This document shows positions 6,558-14,556 of a stretch of DNA of 27,400 nt, piece after piece. The DNA lies in IMG/VR virus record IMGVR_UViG_3300010376_000866, positions 1-27,400 of that record. One strand, 5' to 3'. Origin of the DNA: a virus. Taxonomy: Duplodnaviria; Caudoviricetes. The notes beneath the pieces are model-generated. The model was not told where the DNA came from. It saw nothing but the letters and a program-made list of their open reading frames with translations, and did no database searches. Position 1 is the first letter of the stretch. Each line of letters begins with the position of its first letter. The position numbers and the translations under genes are program-made.

Positions 6558-7011
6558 ATTTTCCGGAGTTAGCCGAGGTAGATTGTTTAGCGGCGCTAAT
6601 TACTACGCACGGTAGAGTCCTACACTCTAGTAGGAATAGCCTCCGAAGTGCGGAAACGTCTTTAGTTAATTTGCCTACCTAATAAGCCGCGCTAAGCAAA
6701 TTTCGTACGGGTTTAGGTCCTAGCGAGTGTTATCGGAGATAAGTCCGATTGGAAGAGTCCGATTGCTACCCTAGATTCGTCTTCGCCCGGTTAAGTGTTT
6801 AAATTCGGACTTATCCCGATTTGTTATCCATAAGCCTCTGACCTGTGGAAATGGATAGCTCTGGGCAGGGTAGGTCCTAGTACACGAGAGGGGGTACGTC
6901 CATGCAGTGTGGCTCCTAGCCACAGCGAGAGGGTATCCGTGGCTGACCTGTGGCGACGCTCCGGGCCGCTCGGGGGCCGGGGTCGATGGGGTACAAAAGG
7001 TATTTTGCGTA

Positions 7012-7404
7012 CTAGAATACCTAGAATACGAGATAACCGGTATTCTAGCCAGAATACGGGTAATACCCGTAAGGGGGACACTGGTACTGTAATCGTAGTT
7101 TGTAGGTCGAAATAGGACGTAATTCTTGTAGAGGGAGAATGTATACAATACCAGTCTAAACGATCTTGAAATTCTAGTATGTATGCCATTCGGACCTGTG
7201 GGTATATACGATATGCAACCACCAGAATACGGGTTTTCTGGGTCCCTAAGGGGTACTCGTATTCTAGTGGGTGAATACCAGTGCAAACTGGTACTCTGGT
7301 AGCCTAGTATGGTATACCCACCTACACTGGTATCATATAAGTCTTAGGGGACTAGTAGAACCAAAGCTAGAATACCAGTGTAAAAGGGGTAACTGGGATT
7401 CTGG
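7012..7404. repeat. Array of CYAGARTAC(CAGT) repeats, mostly as inverted pairs
   Basis: AGAATAC at 7014, 7023, 7051, 7224, 7369; GTATTCT at 7040, 7259; variants at 7273, 7287, 7325, 7393. Confidence 0.75.
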
Positions 7405-8079
7405 TAGTGTAAAACGGCCGAAACAACGTGCAGGGGATAAATTGGACTTTGGGCCGATTGACCCGGACCCCTCGCGAGCGGCCCCTACGGGGCCGGGCCG
7501 GGGCCGGGCCGCGCTGCCCTAGGGCCGGGGCGAGGGGCCGCCCGTAGGGCGGGGGAGCGGGAGGGGCCGCCGGGCTAGGGGTGGAGGGGCCGGGGGAGGG
7601 TCAGGCCAGGAGTCGGCGCGCCGACGTTTGGTTAGCTAGGGTAATGGTTTGTAGGACGGATCATTTGAGCGAGGGATAGTTTGAGGTGGAGATCGTATGG
7701 ACTCAAGATCTTTTGGGGAAGAGATCTTATGGTTAACATATCGTTAGCTTGGGGAAAGATCTAACAAAACGATCTTGGTCCCGCAAAATGGTTGGAAGTT
7801 CCGGCGCATCGGCGCGGACTCAAACACAATTTTGCTCATTTTGAACTGCATTTCCTGAAAAGTTGGCCACAAAAACACCAAAACCCAAAAAACTACAACA
7901 CTATTTCACTCAAAATGGGTTTTGCACAGTCAAAACCCAACGGAACCATCATATAACACAGATAAACCCCACCAAAACTAGGATTTACTAGCTAACCAGC
8001 AGCGAAAGGGGGTACGATAGCGGAGCGCCCGGCCGCAGCCCGGAAAAGCGCACCAGACCAAAGCAGAGCAGGAGCGAGC

Positions 8080-8583
8080 ATGGCACGGATGGCACGCATC
8101 CCGAGAACAACTAAACGCAGCATAAGCAAGGAGGCAACCCCATTGGCTCCGGACAGGACGACAGCAGAAGTGAACATGGCCTGGGAACAGTACAAGTCGG
8201 CGACCAATGATGCTCTTCTCGTGTACGAGCAGAATGTCGATGAGGCCCGCATGCAGAGGGATAAAGCCACTGCTGTGGCCAGGGCCGAGTTCAACGAGAA
8301 GATGGATGAGATTGACTCCACATTTGATCTCGCGTTGGCGGCCGCTTGGACACAGCACCGGCAGGCCTCTGATACGGCGCGGACTATTCGCGACCATATC
8401 ACCGACAGCATCCGGCACTCCCTGACCGCTGAAGAGCTTGAACATGCCCAGAGGATGGCGCAAGCTGCACAGCAGGCCAGCTACGCTCAGGATGAGGACT
8501 CTCAGGTCATCATTGCCAATGTAACCGACGCAGGATCTGCAGGCTCCCCGCAGTCTGCTGCGGTGGACCCGCCCACCCCCTAG
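8080..8583 (+). CDS. Coiled-coil hypothetical protein
   Basis: 167-aa ORF, helical and Ala/Glu-rich; GGAG upstream. Confidence 0.75.
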   Translation: MARMARIPRTTKRSISKEATPLAPDRTTAEVNMAWEQYKSATNDALLVYEQNVDEARMQRDKATAVARAEFNEKMDEIDSTFDLALAAAWTQHRQASDTARTIRDHITDSIRHSLTAEELEHAQRMAQAAQQASYAQDEDSQVIIANVTDAGSAGSPQSAAVDPPTP

Positions 8584-8628
8584 GCCGCGACACCTAGGAC
8601 ACGGGTCTACTGACTGCGGGTCGAGGAA

Positions 8629-8736
8629 GGAGGGGTGGTCCAGTGGGGCTGCCGCTAACGCCAAGTCCGAATGCTGGCGAGCCGGACAAGGAACACGCCC
8701 CCGAGTCCGGCGGTGCGGTGCCTGGGCCACCCCTCC
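8629..8736 (+). ncRNA. Candidate structured RNA (multibranch)
   Basis: 15-bp closing stem GGAGGGGTGGTCCAG/CTGGGCCACCCCTCC enclosing CGCCA/TGGCG and GCCGGAC/GTCCGGC hairpins. Confidence 0.5.
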
Positions 8737-8771
8737 ACTTCTTCCCAAAATTTCACTGGGGCGGCATACTG

Positions 8772-8939
8772 TTGTTGCCGGTCCTAATTTTGGATGATGA
8801 GCCGGCCATTAGGAGCTACATTCGAACCATTGCTGGGAAAGAGCATTACCGTTATGTGTGCCCGGCTGTGCCACAGACAGATTGGGCCAGCGAGATGGAT
8901 GATATTTTTGGACCATACTGTTGGGTGGAGGTTTGGTAA
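8772..8939 (+). CDS. Small protein resembling the N-terminal part of a receiver domain
   Basis: TTG start after the RNA element; VLILDDEPAIRSYIRTIAGKEHY; TAATG coupling to the next gene. Confidence 0.5.
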   Translation: MLPVLILDDEPAIRSYIRTIAGKEHYRYVCPAVPQTDWASEMDDIFGPYCWVEVW

Positions 8940-9253
8940 TGGAAGAGACCCAAGGGCCATTTTTGCATCAGGACATTATTGTACAGGCTGCTGTCAGGGC
9001 AGCTCTTGAAGAGGAAGCTGTCGCCAAGCAGGCACAGGCGATTGTCAGGCCCATGATGCTGGCCCCCGGCAATGGTCCCAAGGCCATAGAGGTTCATTTC
9101 CTGGACAGAGATGTTAGGCATTTCAGGAGCCAGGATTTTGTTTGCCTAGATGGAGCAGTGTGGCTGCGGGGCTTGCTGGGGCCGGGCAACACCGTGACGG
9201 ACAAGGATGTGCTAATTCCCTTTTCTGCCATTAAGGAGATTTATGTCACCTAG
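8939..9253 (+). CDS. Hypothetical protein (104 aa)
   Basis: TAATG overlap, GGAGG upstream; C-terminal VLIPFSAIKEI is Sm/PRC-like. Confidence 0.75.
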   Translation: MEETQGPFLHQDIIVQAAVRAALEEEAVAKQAQAIVRPMMLAPGNGPKAIEVHFLDRDVRHFRSQDFVCLDGAVWLRGLLGPGNTVTDKDVLIPFSAIKEIYVT

Positions 9254-9257
9254 CAGA

Positions 9258-9389
9258 ATGCTGTTTCTTGTAGGCACAGTTCTCCTAGCGGCGATTGCGG
9301 CCGCGCTGCTCTATGCCGGCAACGGGCATGCCGTGCCCATTCCAGCGCCGCAGCCGACTCCAGATGCACCAGGATGGGTGAACCCGTGA
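9258..9389 (+). CDS. Small membrane or secreted protein (43 aa)
   Basis: Below cutoff; MLFLVGTVLLAAIAAALLYAGNGHAVPIPAPQPTPDAPGWVNP; fills the gap and has a GTGA overlap. Confidence 0.6.
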   Translation: MLFLVGTVLLAAIAAALLYAGNGHAVPIPAPQPTPDAPGWVNP

Positions 9390-9589
9390 GCCAGCCGCCA
9401 CCCCCGGATATCATCCCGGTGCACGCTGATGATCCGGTTGATCCTGGCAGTACCGCTGCCCTCATTCGGGATCAGGTCCCTGTGGGCACTCCTTTGTGCA
9501 TGCACCCATGGGGGCCTGGCGGCCACTACTGTGCCCAGAACGCAGGGCACTCGACCAGCCACATATGTAACTGTGGAGCAACAACATGA
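9386..9589 (+). CDS. Cys/His-rich small protein
   Basis: GTGA overlap; C..HYC...GH..SHICNCG. Confidence 0.65.
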   Translation: MSQPPPPDIIPVHADDPVDPGSTAALIRDQVPVGTPLCMHPWGPGGHYCAQNAGHSTSHICNCGATT

Positions 9590-9813
9590 TGGATCGTAAT
9601 GAGGCCGATGAAGCGGCCATCGCGAGAGCCATGCCCGAGGCCGAGCTAGTTGCCATCGCGAGGGAGTCTGGTGCCGTGCCGGAAATGGCATGCGCCTGCG
9701 TTGGCCCGCCTGAAGGTTGCACGATTTGCCACTGCCACATCCGCGCCGAGGCACTATCTATTGTTATGGGACGCCCCTGCGCATGGTGCGAACCGGCACA
9801 TCCAACCCGTTGA
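9586..9813 (+). CDS. Cys-rich small protein
   Basis: ATGA overlap, GGAG SD; CACVGP..GC..CHC, CAWC. Confidence 0.7.
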   Translation: MMDRNEADEAAIARAMPEAELVAIARESGAVPEMACACVGPPEGCTICHCHIRAEALSIVMGRPCAWCEPAHPTR

Positions 9814-9817
9814 ACGT

Positions 9818-10186
9818 ATGAGACTGGAGCCTGAAATGACGCCCGAGGAGCGCGCAATTGAAGCAAGGCGCGGCATTCTTATGCAACATCTTGCAAGAGC
9901 TAAAATGGAGCAGGGCGAAACCGGTGACGCGGGCGTGTTTGCTAGCTACAGCAGCGAAACCGGTGATGCAGGTGGGTTCCTGCTGGAGGAACAGACCGCG
10001 ACTCCGGATCGCCACATTACCAAGACTGAGGCCGAGTACCAGTTTGCTGGGATCGGGGCTAACATGCATTGCGGCAACTGCGCTATGTATAACCCCTATG
10101 CTAGCAACCCCAGCGCGGGCCGCTGTGATCTCGGCTGGCAGGCCAAGGCCACCTACGTTTGCAACCAGTGGGTGGCGAAAACATAG
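9818..10186 (+). CDS. Protein with C-terminal HiPIP-like 4Fe-4S domain
   Basis: TKTEAEYQ..HCGNCAMY..GRC..YVCNQWVAK fits the HiPIP Cys pattern; duplicated ETGDAG in the N-terminal part. Confidence 0.65.
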   Translation: MRLEPEMTPEERAIEARRGILMQHLARAKMEQGETGDAGVFASYSSETGDAGGFLLEEQTATPDRHITKTEAEYQFAGIGANMHCGNCAMYNPYASNPSAGRCDLGWQAKATYVCNQWVAKT

Positions 10187-10220
10187 ACTTCTGCCAAATT
10201 GGCAGGGGAGGAAGGCAAAA

Positions 10221-10730
10221 ATGAGGAAATGGCTCCTGGCCGGCGCAGCGCTTTTGGCGCTGACTCTGGCTAGCCCGCTGGTGGCGATTTCGGCAAGTGC
10301 CTCACCAGCAACCCAGGCGACCCCGGCTATTGCGCAATCTTGCGCCTATGCCTCGATTCACGGGTTCAGCGACCCGTGGTACCTGTGGAATAGCGGGTCT
10401 GCGGATTACGTGATCGAGCAGGGGCATAGCCCGACGAACTTCTGTTACACCACCAGCGCGACGCTGCAGCAGGTAGGCACATCCTCCTGTCTCGCTTGGA
10501 ACCAGAGTGGCGGGTATGTGTACGAGCACTCTTGTGCGCCGGGCGCTGCCTACCAGACTTGGAACCTGATTTTCATCAAGACAGGTTCGGTGTGCTATGC
10601 CTGGGCTCTGCAGAACCTATACAACGACCAGTACCTGACAGCGATAGCCATCGGTTCACCGGCGTCTCTGCGAGCCAAGATCGTGAGAAACGGCAGCTTC
10701 TCGAACACCCAGACTTGGTGCGCTCCGTAA
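10221..10730 (+). CDS. Secreted ricin-B-type lectin
   Basis: Signal peptide MRKWLLAGAALLALTLA..ASA; SSCL..C..YQTW and TQTW (QxW) motifs; GGAGG SD. Confidence 0.75.
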   Translation: MRKWLLAGAALLALTLASPLVAISASASPATQATPAIAQSCAYASIHGFSDPWYLWNSGSADYVIEQGHSPTNFCYTTSATLQQVGTSSCLAWNQSGGYVYEHSCAPGAAYQTWNLIFIKTGSVCYAWALQNLYNDQYLTAIAIGSPASLRAKIVRNGSFSNTQTWCAP

Positions 10731-10733
10731 CAA

Positions 10734-10791
10734 GTCGCCCGAGACGGCCCGCCCCGGTACGCGACAGCCGGGGCGGGTCCCAGGGAGTGAA
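10734..10791 (+). promoter_or_regulatory. Intergenic hairpin resembling the left-arm modules
   Basis: CGAGAC-GG-CCCGCCCCGG...CCGGGGCGGG, then GGGAG SD; no U-tail. Confidence 0.45.
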
Positions 10792-11079
10792 ATGCCTAGC
10801 GAGCGTAAGACGCTACTGGAACTGATAGGCCAGGACGAGATCAATCGCATTGCGGCCGAGAGCATTGAGGTCCTGGATCATGAGCCAGGGCCGGCAGACA
10901 TCTGGGACCACACCAGACGATTGCCACCCACGGGCGGGTATAGCAGCGAGTGGGAATACATTTGCAATCACTTCTTTGTCTGGGATGTGAAGTTGTATTG
11001 CCGCGAGTGTGGCTGCGAAGTTCTGGCGGCATGGGTAGTCCCCCACTATAGATCACACACGAGTCACTTTTCATTCTAG
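10792..11079 (+). CDS. Hypothetical protein with C2H2-like motif
   Basis: YCRECG..PHYRSH; GGGAG SD. Confidence 0.7.
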   Translation: MPSERKTLLELIGQDEINRIAAESIEVLDHEPGPADIWDHTRRLPPTGGYSSEWEYICNHFFVWDVKLYCRECGCEVLAAWVVPHYRSHTSHFSF

Positions 11080-11087
11080 GAGACGAA

Positions 11088-11432
11088 ATGGCATTCAAGT
11101 TCACCGCAGTCGGCAGCAAGGAAGAGGCTACCGCCCAGCTGCGTGACATCGCCAACGGACTGGTAGAAGTTGGCAATGATCGAATGGCCCAGCGCGTGGC
11201 ATACCTCCTCGCGGATGAACTGGGCAAGCACCCAGACTTTGAGCACACCGGCTATGAGTACCGCTACATGGTGCAGGCCGAGGGCAACGGCAATGCTACG
11301 ATGGGGCCGACCGAGCTACGGGCAGTGATACAGAACTACTGGATCCATCCTGCGAAGCTGGTGGTTAAGCCAGTCGATTCCGAGGGTAGAGTTATCGAGA
11401 TACCTCTGATGCCGGAGCAGCAAGATGGATGA
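11088..11432 (+). CDS. Hypothetical protein (114 aa)
   Basis: AGGAG SD; GC-ending codons. Confidence 0.8.
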   Translation: MAFKFTAVGSKEEATAQLRDIANGLVEVGNDRMAQRVAYLLADELGKHPDFEHTGYEYRYMVQAEGNGNATMGPTELRAVIQNYWIHPAKLVVKPVDSEGRVIEIPLMPEQQDG

Positions 11433-11640
11433 ACCGCTGTTCATAGCAGGGATCATATTCTTTTTCCTGCTGGGGTTCGCCGGCCAGTTCGAGAGGATGT
11501 ACAAGATCGAGCGGGGGAAGCAGATTGAGCGGGCACAACGAGACCAGTACTACATCGGCCTCTACAATACCAACCGGCCTCGGCTCCGATACCCACCATA
11601 TCCAGTACGTCGAAGCAAGACGGGCTTGGGGCCTCATTAA
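11425..11640 (+). CDS. Single-TM membrane protein
   Basis: LFIAGIIFFFLLGFAG; GGAG SD; overlaps the upstream stop. Confidence 0.65.
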   Translation: MDEPLFIAGIIFFFLLGFAGQFERMYKIERGKQIERAQRDQYYIGLYNTNRPRLRYPPYPVRRSKTGLGPH

Positions 11641-11806
11641 ATCTGGCCCCAACTTCGGCAAGAAGTCCAACCTTTTCATAGTACGCGGGAAGTGCGTTTG
11701 TGAGCAGTGGGAACATGAGGTTACCACTGCGGTCTCCTTCGCATATGCACGCTCCCGGCTCCGTGAGGCATTCAGGCCTCACAGGGCGGCAGCCGACGCG
11801 GCCTGA
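11525..11806 (+). CDS. Possible hypothetical protein (start uncertain)
   Basis: HHI..GKCVCEQW..AFRPH looks metal-binding and fills the gap, but overlaps the previous ORF by 116 nt. Confidence 0.35.
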   Translation: MSGHNETSTTSASTIPTGLGSDTHHIQYVEARRAWGLIKSGPNFGKKSNLFIVRGKCVCEQWEHEVTTAVSFAYARSRLREAFRPHRAAADAA

Positions 11807-11825
11807 TCGCCCGGTTCGCCCGGAT

Positions 11826-11936
11826 AGCGCCCCGTATCACCTGGTTCGCGTAACCGAGATTCTGGTCCATAGGAGGTTGGTCCTAGACTCGGCTCCCAGC
11901 TTCGGCTAGGGTACGCGCCGGGAGGTACGGGGCGTT
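11826..11936 (+). promoter_or_regulatory. Structured 5' leader sequestering the SD and start of putative terS
   Basis: 11826-11852 pairs with 11912-11936 (13+5+6 bp); internal C-UUCG-G hairpin. Confidence 0.65.
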
Positions 11937-12435
11937 GTCAACTGCTGCAAGTCTCGACAAGCTCATTGCAAGGTCAGGTCACACTGAGCAACAGCTGCGT
12001 GTGGAACTTGCGCGTGGAGCGAAGTCAGATCGGGACCTTTGCCGGCAGTATGGTATCAACACAACCCATCTCAAGGCGTTCATTGAACTGAACGCCGATG
12101 CCATCGCAGAGATAGGTGCTCATCTCGCGAAGGGTGACCCGATAGGGCTGGCTGGCCTGTGGGTGAGCGCAAAGAACATGCGCATAGCCGAGATGCAGGG
12201 TGACATCGAGGACATCAACCGATCCATAAATTTCTTCCGTGATGAAGATGGTGTCCTGAGCCCGCAGTTCGGCACAGACAAAGAGTATGCGAATCTCATC
12301 CGGACCAAGACTGGCCTCTTGCGATCCGTTGCCGATGAAATTGATGGCACACGCCGCGCTATCCTCTCGCCCGAGGATGAGCGGAAGATGGTGCGCTTTG
12401 TCATCGACGGCGACATCGCAGGCGGTCTTACATGA
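11935..12435 (+). CDS. Putative terminase small subunit
   Basis: N-terminal HTH-like segment (SDRDLCRQYGINTTHL), central helices, C-terminal beta strand VRFVIDG; lies upstream of terL; GGGAGG SD. Confidence 0.6.
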   Translation: MSTAASLDKLIARSGHTEQQLRVELARGAKSDRDLCRQYGINTTHLKAFIELNADAIAEIGAHLAKGDPIGLAGLWVSAKNMRIAEMQGDIEDINRSINFFRDEDGVLSPQFGTDKEYANLIRTKTGLLRSVADEIDGTRRAILSPEDERKMVRFVIDGDIAGGLT

Positions 12436-12917
12436 GGACGCAAGAGGGCTGGTTCTGCGATCTGAGGTTTGAGGGCTGTGGCACGGACGCACTCAGTGCC
12501 TGGCTCTGTGCCGTAGAACAGATTGAGGTTTCAGCCTGTCGGCCTTGTAGAGAACAGTGGCAGGAGCTAGCCCGTAATGAGCCTGCGCTCCGGGTTCGCT
12601 GCCCACGTTGTGCTGACCGGCAAATCCGCGAGGCAAGGCGGAAGCCACAGGACCCAGGACCGCTTACCGGCCTGGTAGCGAATGCCCTTGATGAAGCTAT
12701 GCGAGTTGAGGGCATTCTTGTAGACGCCCGCATCCGTGTGCTACGCCGTCTGGCCAGGGACGCAGCGTGGCTGAATGGATGGGGGTCCAGTTCGGCGGGG
12801 GCAGCTGCACCTGAGGATGCGGGCCAGCGCGGAATCGTGAGTGCGCCCCCTGTCGAGCCGGTCCTGGGCAGAGGTCGGCTGCCTGGGGCCGGTATGGGAG
12901 CCGCGTTATGCCCGTGA
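12432..12917 (+). CDS. Cys-rich hypothetical protein between terS and terL
   Basis: ATGA overlap; CRPC and CPRC motifs. Confidence 0.55.
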   Translation: MRTQEGWFCDLRFEGCGTDALSAWLCAVEQIEVSACRPCREQWQELARNEPALRVRCPRCADRQIREARRKPQDPGPLTGLVANALDEAMRVEGILVDARIRVLRRLARDAAWLNGWGSSSAGAAAPEDAGQRGIVSAPPVEPVLGRGRLPGAGMGAALCP

Positions 12918-14269
12918 TGCTTGAGCACAAATACGGCCCTCGGGGTGCCTGTAGCGTTGTATTCAAAGCACGGGACCCTGAGGTTCTCATTTCTGGACCG
13001 GCCGGCACAGGGAAGTCGAGAGCATGTCTGGAGAAGCTCAACCTGATGTGCCTCAGCAATCCGGGGATGCGGGGCCTGATCGTCCGGAAGACTGCCACAA
13101 GCCTCTCATCGACTGCTCTCGTTACCTGGAAGAAGTTTGTTATAGCGGAACTCCTCCAGGTGGGAGATGTCAGGTACTACGGTGGCAGCGCTTCAGAGCC
13201 TGCGGCTTTTCTGTACCGTAACGGTTCCAGCGTCTCCATCGCGGGCATGGACAAGCCTACCAAGGTCATGTCATCGGAGTATGACGTCATATATGTTCAG
13301 GAAGCTACTGAGCTAACTGAGACTGACTGGGAGTCATTGATATCCCGGCTCCGTAACTGGGTGGTTAGCTTCCAGCAAATCATTGCCGACTGCAACCCTA
13401 GTCATCCGACGCACTGGCTAAAGTTGCGGTGTGATACCGGCAAGACTCGTATGCTGGAGAGCCGACACGAGGACAACCCGGTACTATTTGATGACGATGG
13501 AGAACTAACCGAGAAGGGTTATGACTACATCGGCAAGCTAGACCGGCTGACGGGCGTACGGAGATTGCGCCTGCGGCTGGGCATGTGGGCGAGCGCTGAA
13601 GGCATCATCTATGAGGACTGGAGTGCCTCCCACATCATTACGCAAATCCCGGCTGGTGACGGTGAGGCGCGTGATCCGTTTGGGGTTCCAATGGCCTGGC
13701 CGCGCATTTGGAGCGTTGACTTTGGGTTTGTGAACCCCTTCGTCCTGCAGTGTTGGGCGGAGGATGGAGATGGACGCCTGTATTTGTATCGTGAGCTGTA
13801 CCACACTCACAGAACTGTGGATGTTCACGCGAAGACGATTCTCAATATTGTTGCTCCAGAGCTTCCTGACGGCCGGCGCGTATGGCTTGAGCCCCAGCCA
13901 GTCGCTGTTGTTTGCGACCATGACGCTGAAGGTCGAGTTGTCCTTGAGCGCGAACTTGGGGTGTCCACACAGGCAGCTCACAAGTCTGTACTTGAAGGCA
14001 TCGACTCTGTACAGGCTCGTATGAAGGATGCGGGCGATGGCAAAGCCCGTGTTTATCTGGTAGCTAACTCCCTCGTGGAACTGGATGAGGAACTGAAGGA
14101 ATCTGGCAAGCCTTCTTGTACGGTCGAGGAAATCCCCGGCTATGTCTGGAAGTCAAATGAGAAGGATGAGCCGCTCAAAGCCGATGACCACGGCTGTGAC
14201 GCTATGCGGTATGCCGTTGCCGACCGCGATTTTGGCATCCGCGCTATCTACAGGAGTTTTTCGGCATGA
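12908..14269 (+). CDS. terL: Terminase large subunit (PBSX/SPP1-like)
   Basis: Walker A GPAGTGKS, Walker B VIYVQEATE, DCNP..HWL, nuclease motifs VDFGF and DDHGCDAMRY. Confidence 0.95.
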   Translation: MPVMLEHKYGPRGACSVVFKARDPEVLISGPAGTGKSRACLEKLNLMCLSNPGMRGLIVRKTATSLSSTALVTWKKFVIAELLQVGDVRYYGGSASEPAAFLYRNGSSVSIAGMDKPTKVMSSEYDVIYVQEATELTETDWESLISRLRNWVVSFQQIIADCNPSHPTHWLKLRCDTGKTRMLESRHEDNPVLFDDDGELTEKGYDYIGKLDRLTGVRRLRLRLGMWASAEGIIYEDWSASHIITQIPAGDGEARDPFGVPMAWPRIWSVDFGFVNPFVLQCWAEDGDGRLYLYRELYHTHRTVDVHAKTILNIVAPELPDGRRVWLEPQPVAVVCDHDAEGRVVLERELGVSTQAAHKSVLEGIDSVQARMKDAGDGKARVYLVANSLVELDEELKESGKPSCTVEEIPGYVWKSNEKDEPLKADDHGCDAMRYAVADRDFGIRAIYRSFSA

Positions 14270-14556
14270 CAGCGATACCACTAATGGCAGTGCCTGAGCA
14301 GCCGGAATCGACCCGGCTAGATCGGGCGGCACGCCGGTTCGCGCGAGCGGGCCGTGCCGGGGCCGTCCTAGCGGCGCGCGTCCTAGGCGCGCGGTCGCGG
14401 GCCGGGATCGGAGCGCTTAGGGAACATCTTTATGCAGCATGCGGGCTAGGGGCGTTCACGGCTGCGGGGTTCGTGCACAGTACCTTTACCGGACTGCTGG
14501 TTCTGGGCGCTTCGTTCCTGGTTTTTGAGTTTAAGACTGAGAGGCCGGAAGACTGA
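14266..14556 (+). CDS. Small membrane protein between terL and portal
   Basis: ATGA and TGATG coupling; two hydrophobic segments. Confidence 0.75.
   Translation: MTAIPLMAVPEQPESTRLDRAARRFARAGRAGAVLAARVLGARSRAGIGALREHLYAACGLGAFTAAGFVHSTFTGLLVLGASFLVFEFKTERPED

Noticed and set aside
6824-6832. DnaA-box-like TTATCCATA
   Set aside because: Single copy with a mismatch; expected by chance
6771-7522. Track ORFs of 171, 132 and 83 aa across the repeat region
   Set aside because: No SD, atypical codon usage, and the sequence is explained by DNA repeats
8013-8018. TACGAT as the -10 box of a rightward promoter
   Set aside because: No convincing -35 at 17-18 nt spacing; unsupported without TSS data
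14313-14424. Short CA/TG-poor, hairpin-rich patch in the membrane-protein gene
   Set aside because: Only ~110 nt and explicable by Arg/Ala/Gly codons; too short to link to the 5488-6837 zone
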